From: Marsupella aquatica
Lineage: Eukaryota; Plantae; Marchantiophyta
Length of the DNA stretch: 64,000 bases
Assembly (NCBI GenBank): GCA_973895155.1
Contig: OZ316899.1
Location: 9,360,287-9,424,286 of the forward strand
Reading direction: 5' to 3'
Position numbers and translations under genes: made by a program. The notes below the pieces were generated by a model. That model did not search any database. It was not told the DNA's origin and saw only the letters and a list, made by a program, of their open reading frames with translations. Every line of letters starts with the position of its first letter. Within the stretch, counting starts at the first letter, position 1. Positions 58,701-64,000 of the stretch are shown here, one piece after another.

Positions 58701-60487
58701 AGGCCGAGTTAGGAAAATCCTATCAAGGGAGTATTGCACTGCAGCAGGAGCTTGCGTCCCTGACGGCCAGCTTCAAGGCCGACCTGCGTGAGAAGGACGA
58801 CCAGCTCGACCAGACTTATGCCAAGATGAATAAGATGGAGTCTGAGGTCGTAGCGGAGCTCGACAAGGAGCTAAGAGCAACCCAGGAGGAGAGGGCTACC
58901 TTAAAATTGGAATTGGAGGAAGCCGGAAAGAAGCTACAGGAGGGACGGAAGGACTTGGAGGAAGCCCAAGAGGAGTTGGAGGAAACCACCAGGAAGATGG
59001 AGAACTTACAGCGGGGGGCCGATAACCAAACGGAGCGGCTGAAGAAACAGGCCGCAATATTTAAGTGCTTAGCTTCATCTGGTCCAACTCCAATTGTGGG
59101 AACTCCGTTACCAGGAGGGGTACTGGCCAAAAGACAAGCCGAGACACACGCCCCGGTGCCGGAGGTAGGTAGCAAGGGGAAGGGACCAGCTACCAAAATA
59201 GGGAAGAAGAAGAAGCGGAAACCTTTTGGGTCTGGGAGTTATACGGCTCACCAAGCCATTGTGACCCAGGAGGTCAACCCGGCACCAACCTCCGGCATGG
59301 TCACGACAGTAGATCCACCTGTTGAAGAAGGTGGGGATGGCAAGGCCCAGGCCGGGACAGCTATTGATGAAGCCGAGGTACCGGATCCTCCACTAGAACA
59401 TGACGGGGAGGCCGAAGCTGTATCGAAGGCCGTGACCGATGCTGAGGCCAAAGCCGAGGGTGGACCCAGTCAAGCCGATGAAGACTCGGTCCGGGGCAGG
59501 TAATCTGTCAGAGGACGGACCGACGGCAGTGGCTGCGGGGGAAGCATTGGGGGCGTCCATTGAGGATCCGCCACCGGTGTCGTGACGGTGCAAGGGCACC
59601 GTTCCTTTAAGGAAGGGCGGACGTGGAGGTAGGAGGCGTGAGTGGGCAGGGTGGGCTCAAATCTCCAAGTTTAGGATTAGGATCAAGACCAGGAGACGGC
59701 CCTAACACTTAGATTAGTGGGATGGCGGATCCACTGGTAGGAGCAACACTTGTGCTCCTGCCTCACTGTACAGTTAGGTAGATTATAGGTAGGATAGATT
59801 AAGCTTACACAGTGATGTTTTGGATAGATCCGCTGCCAGGATAAATACCTGGGCAGTGGGGAGTCTAGGGCCTCTTCTTTAGCAAGTTTTTAGTTGCACC
59901 AGCAGGGCTGGGATCAAGTAGTAAGAGAAGCTCTCGGTTAGTTATACAGTGACCCTTGTGTATATTCATGTTTCCTCATGCCTAAGAACTGAATAGAGTT
60001 GGCCTCACGGCTTAGTTTGTAGAGCTTGTGTATGAGATGTACTGTTTGTATGGCAAGTGCATGGTATAACTCAGTCAGAAGGAGTCATTTTGCTATTTGT
60101 GTGTCGCATTAACTTGTGTGAAGAGTGCCCACATCAATGAAGGGAAGTAGCAAGGGAGTGAGAGTTGGATGTGTCGAACTGAGAGAGGTCTTAGCGGCTT
60201 AACCAAGCCAATTGGGGATCATTCCGGCGGCGGAATCCAAACATACCTAATGGAAGACCAGGAGAGGAACACAAGGGAAGGCCTAGAATAGGCCGGCTAA
60301 GTATCTCATGACCCGATGAAAGATCTGTCCAGTATATGTGTGTAAAATATTAATAGTAGTAGAAGGAGGATTAGCAGCGTCCCATGCCGCTAAGCCGCGG
60401 AAATGGCCTCACCGAGGACGAAACCTGCGGGAATCGGCTTGAGCAAGGGGGTTTTCTTGGGTTTGGGGAGCCATGGGACGCACCACA
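55770..60487 (+). mobile_element. 4.7-kb solo LTR, diverged subfamily of coding-LTR family A
   Basis: TGTGATGCCTAG..GCACCACA ends match the family A LTR. TSD GAAGT/AAAGT; the empty site CATGAAGTGCACC is preserved in the adjacent duplicate at ~60619-60631. Confidence 0.95.
55886..59503 (+). pseudogene. LTR-encoded protein homologue with two premature TAGs (57350-57352, ~57437)
   Basis: ORFs 55880-57352 and 57449-59503 are in one frame and highly similar to the 1,206-aa protein. Confidence 0.9.
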
Positions 60488-60673
60488 AAAGTGCACCTAA
60501 AAGTTGTCACGATTGACACTTACACCTTGATCAAGTCTTACAAAATTAGTCCATAATCTCTAAATTTGAACCAGGTGTGGCGTACTCCTGCGTATTCTAT
60601 AAACTAAACCGATAATGACATGAAGTGCACCTAAAAGTTGTCACGATTGACACTTACACCTTGATCAAGTCTT
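60488..60673. repeat. ~135-bp tandem duplication whose first unit (starting ~55682) was split by the solo LTR
   Basis: tacaaaattagtc..acatgaagtgcacctaaaag..gatcaagtctt occurs twice. Confidence 0.85.
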
Positions 60674-60729
60674 TCCTGAACCTGCTCAGTGTACCAATTA
60701 TCAAGACAAGTCCTTTTCCAAGCATCTAC

Positions 60730-61359
60730 TCATTCTTGTTGAACACCATATATCGACAGATAACAGTCCGCTTCCTCCGAATCACATAATAACCAGGAAT
60801 TGATCCTCTCATTTAAGATATCATCAGCCAACCGAGCCCAAACATCAATCAGTGGGAACGCTCTCATTGACTCACAAAAGAAGTGAGGTGTCAATTCAGG
60901 CCATCTTGTGGCACAACATATCACAGCAGTAGTCATTGCAGCCCATGTTATGGAGTTTGTTATCAAATATCTCCATTTCCTGTTGATATGCGCAACAGAC
61001 CGCACCATCAAGGACATATTCCTCACTAGAGCATCCACAAGCACAACATCTTCCAACATTGATCGGATCCGGGGCCATATGTGCAACTCCACAAGATCAT
61101 CAGGCAATCCCGGAATCAAGTTACCGGCTGGAGGGTGACATCGTAGGGGATAACGAGAGGAGGGGAGATTCCAGATGCGAGCACGGTCTTGTTCTTTACT
61201 AGCAAGAAGCGTCTGCAATTCCAATGTAAGCCTTTCTTGTGTCCTATCAATCACCATCTCACGTCCGCCTGCACTTGGATCCATAGTTTTGAACAAAGCA
61301 ACAACCCTCATCCCAAGGACCCAAGTGGGTTTAGGGTCGAATCTGAGCCTCGTCAACAT
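60730..61359 (-). CDS. F-box-like protein, apparently intact
   Basis: LIPGLPDDLVELHIWPRI..VAHINRKWRYLI..WAAM; 209-aa ORF with a telo-box (AAACCCTAA, ~61396) nearby. Confidence 0.65.
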   Translation of the reverse strand: MLTRLRFDPKPTWVLGMRVVALFKTMDPSAGGREMVIDRTQERLTLELQTLLASKEQDRARIWNLPSSRYPLRCHPPAGNLIPGLPDDLVELHIWPRIRSMLEDVVLVDALVRNMSLMVRSVAHINRKWRYLITNSITWAAMTTAVICCATRWPELTPHFFCESMRAFPLIDVWARLADDILNERINSWLLCDSEEADCYLSIYGVQQE

Positions 61360-61573
61360 AAATTTGTAACCCTATACTTATAACGGTCATATTATAAACC
61401 CTAACCCCCTAACCCTAGGCCCGCAACCCTGAAGTCCATGTCGGTGAGGGTTGCCAAGACGACTCAGGAGTTAGGTTGGTGAGGGTTGCCAAGATTAGAT
61501 GACTCGGCAAGGGTTGGCAAGATGATCTCCTGAAGAAGGAGACAATGTCAGCAAGGGTCGCAGACATACAATG

Positions 61574-64000
61574 TCAGACGATATTGGCATTTGCTACAAG
61601 GCCGCGGACCTCAGTTAGAGTCAAGATAGGTTGGTTTACACATTGATCCGTGTCAATGTCCCTTTTACATATGTTTGCAAAGCACCAATACAAGTGCTTG
61701 CACGGGAAGTAGGCTCTTCCCATCGACTCCCTATACATGAAATCCTTGCAGGAGCAACTTGGGAAGACACAGATCTGGACGCAATGTACTGAAGTTTGCC
61801 CCCCGCTAGTGTTGTTCACCATGAGCCTTATGCCGGTAGCATTCCCTGTTTCAATTCTCCTCATTGACATGCACACAATGGCCTTCGTCTTAGCATTTGG
61901 ATACGTGCTAATGCATCCTTGGGGGGGTCTGACCTCCTTTGCCTTGCCTGGCCATTGCGGCAAGTACCACAATCGTCAGGCCTTGTAGGATCTGGCCACT
62001 CTGGGTATGTGTTCAAATCCATGATGATGTCGCCAACACTCACTACCTCATTCATAACATTGCCAGCAGAAATGACATCCACTCCATTGTTGTGCAGGAA
62101 AATAACCTCTGCTTCTGTAAGATTAGTACCACGAGAGACCGGAAACTTTGAAGGCAGTGGTGGTAGCACGCCGGTACTGAAAGGCAAAAAGGATTTTGTG
62201 CAACAGTGATTGTTTGGGCAAAACCAATACAGATATGGAACACCTGGTTCATTAAATTTACTCCCCGCCAACCAACAAATACCAACAACACCCAATCCAC
62301 TCACTTTCAATCCTGCCTCTCTAATAAATCGAGCACATACTCCCCGTTCCTTGCCTCTGAACGCACCTCTACAACCGAGACTCTTACCACATGTTGAGAT
62401 GCGAGCCAGAAATAACGTCCGTGGCACCAAATCAGTTTCCTAAACATGTCTTTTGACGGGCTCCGGACGTGGGGTTGACCTTGTCATCCGTTGGAGAGGT
62501 TCCACAATGACAACTTCAGGCTCGCCCAAGCCACTACCGCCATCGAAAGACAAATCCACAACTTCAAGATCTGTGCTTTTTAAGGTTGCATCCCTGTTTG
62601 CAACCCCCTTGAACTTCCTCTTCTTTGGTCTCGTTACCATAACAATGTCAGGCCTGTGTGAATCTTCTACTACCACATGAGTGCCAGAAACGGCCTTCCC
62701 GCGCTTCATAGAAACCGTTTCTACATCTCCGCTAAGTGGGTCTGCCAACAAGAACTTACGCAATTCTGGTTGAGTTATAACTGTGTTCAATTTTGAAAAG
62801 AAAGATTCCACATTCCCAACAGCAGTAACGTCTCGAAGTCGGAGTTCAAATAGGCTCGGTCCCCGCCCTTTCCTCCCACTGTGTTGGTAGTGCTCCAAAG
62901 ATGCAACCTGGCTCAATGCTCGAGTTGCATCTAAGTTACAGGACTGTGCTAACCCAACCTTTCTATTAGAGGACCATTTTTACATGACCGCATGCACCGA
63001 CTCTGCCCCACTGTGGTTAGGCATCAGCGCAGCCTTTTCTTTGTCCATCTCCTACAATTTCCAAGAAGAATGTCAATACAATTGGAAACATATCTCAGCG
63101 ACCTTTGCCAATATTTGATAGAAAGCGTTACAGACAGAGGTCGTCCAATTGAACATCCCTTCAACTGACCCCATGTCAACGAGCTTCGCCAAGATTTGAC
63201 GGATTTCATGCATATAGAGGAAAAGCGTTAGACACTTATGAGTCTCAAAAAAATTCCCCATTGAGAAAACCGAACAATCCACCAAGACATCCACGTTGTG
63301 AGCTCCTTTGCTTTTTCGGGTAGCGCGTTGCCCTCGCTCCACCACGTCTTAAGCTTCTCAAAAACTCAAAATGCAAGAACTATGTTGCCGGTGTGTCGAA
63401 GCAAATCTAGAATTTCCTTATGCTCAAATCTATTCTATGGGACAATGTGCTTCTGCACCCTCTCCACTGATTGGGCCCAGTGAAACGCATCAGACTTCTC
63501 TCTATGGGTATTTACCTTTCCATCCCAAAATTCATTGCGGATTGCATTCCACCCAGCAGCAGCATTATCAGCCATAAAGCCACAACATTCTTCAGCCCAT
63601 GTTCTCCGCACACCCTCCTCATGACCTTCCATGCAGTTTGTAATGCCGCACTATCTTCTGAAACCAGCTCACAAACAAAGATTGTGCACAGGCCCCGATA
63701 GAAATGGTCATACAAGTGTGCTGACATGGTGCACCATTTGTTGTCAAGTATACGATGCACCACATCAGACATCACCCATGAATGCTTGAGATCCCCGCCT
63801 GGCTGCATTCTTTGAACAAGGTCCACCCCGGAACCAGGACCTTTTGTACTCTTTTAAAAATGTGCGGTCGCTCGTCTGTTCCCACATTCTGGGATGGGAA
63901 CAAAACACTTTGGATAAACAGAAAGGCAGTCACCTTCCGCATCTTCAGTATCATGTGAAGATCAGACAACACATGACTGTACTTCTTGATGCTCCTAATC
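61574..64000 (-). pseudogene. MULE (Mutator-like) DDE transposase with C-terminal SWIM zinc finger, frameshifted; starts off-window
   Basis: WVMSDVVHR, FMADNAAAGWNA, DAFHWAQS, AESVHA, GRGPSL; SWIM CSCKDF..CKH. Confidence 0.75.

Larger units (their letters stand above)
39790..64000 (-). mobile_element. Large MULE-like element with cargo genes (boundaries uncertain, continues off-window); host to the Sola2-like element and a solo LTR
   Basis: Minus-strand AT-hook, F-box, F-box and MULE-SWIM ORFs are linked by a shared GGCGAGGGT motif in the spacers. The motif array is continuous across the 42052-53269 insertion. Confidence 0.55.

Overview
Plant nuclear DNA (TTTAGGG repeats, plant tRNA-iMet and tRNA-Asn primer sites; a non-seed plant such as a bryophyte is my inference). 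It consists almost entirely of nested transposons, and I see no convincing host gene. Main points: (1) A young, complete 15.5-kb non-chromovirus Ty3/gypsy element (23236-38773, minus, TSD ATTTA) has 4,657-bp LTRs that each contain an intact ~1,206-aa ORF. A diverged solo LTR of this family (55770-60487) and two solo LTRs of a second group (1221-5526, 15334-19394) also carry one long ORF, so protein-coding giant LTRs recur here. (2) A decayed LTR-retrotransposon fragment (10441-13221, minus) has a DNMT3-like C5 DNA methyltransferase in frame after gag and protease. (3) An 11.2-kb Sola2-like DNA transposon (42052-53269, 25-bp TIRs, 4-bp TSD GGTC) carries a PMD-like/coiled-coil/RING-H2 gene and an RPA1-like OB-fold gene; a second, truncated copy lies in the opposite orientation (19679-39789). 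(4) A large MULE/SWIM element with AT-hook and two F-box cargo genes and a dispersed/tandem GGCGAGGGT motif runs off the right edge. (5) Two chromovirus-type fragments lie at the left. All calls are by-eye motif recognition; no searches were run.
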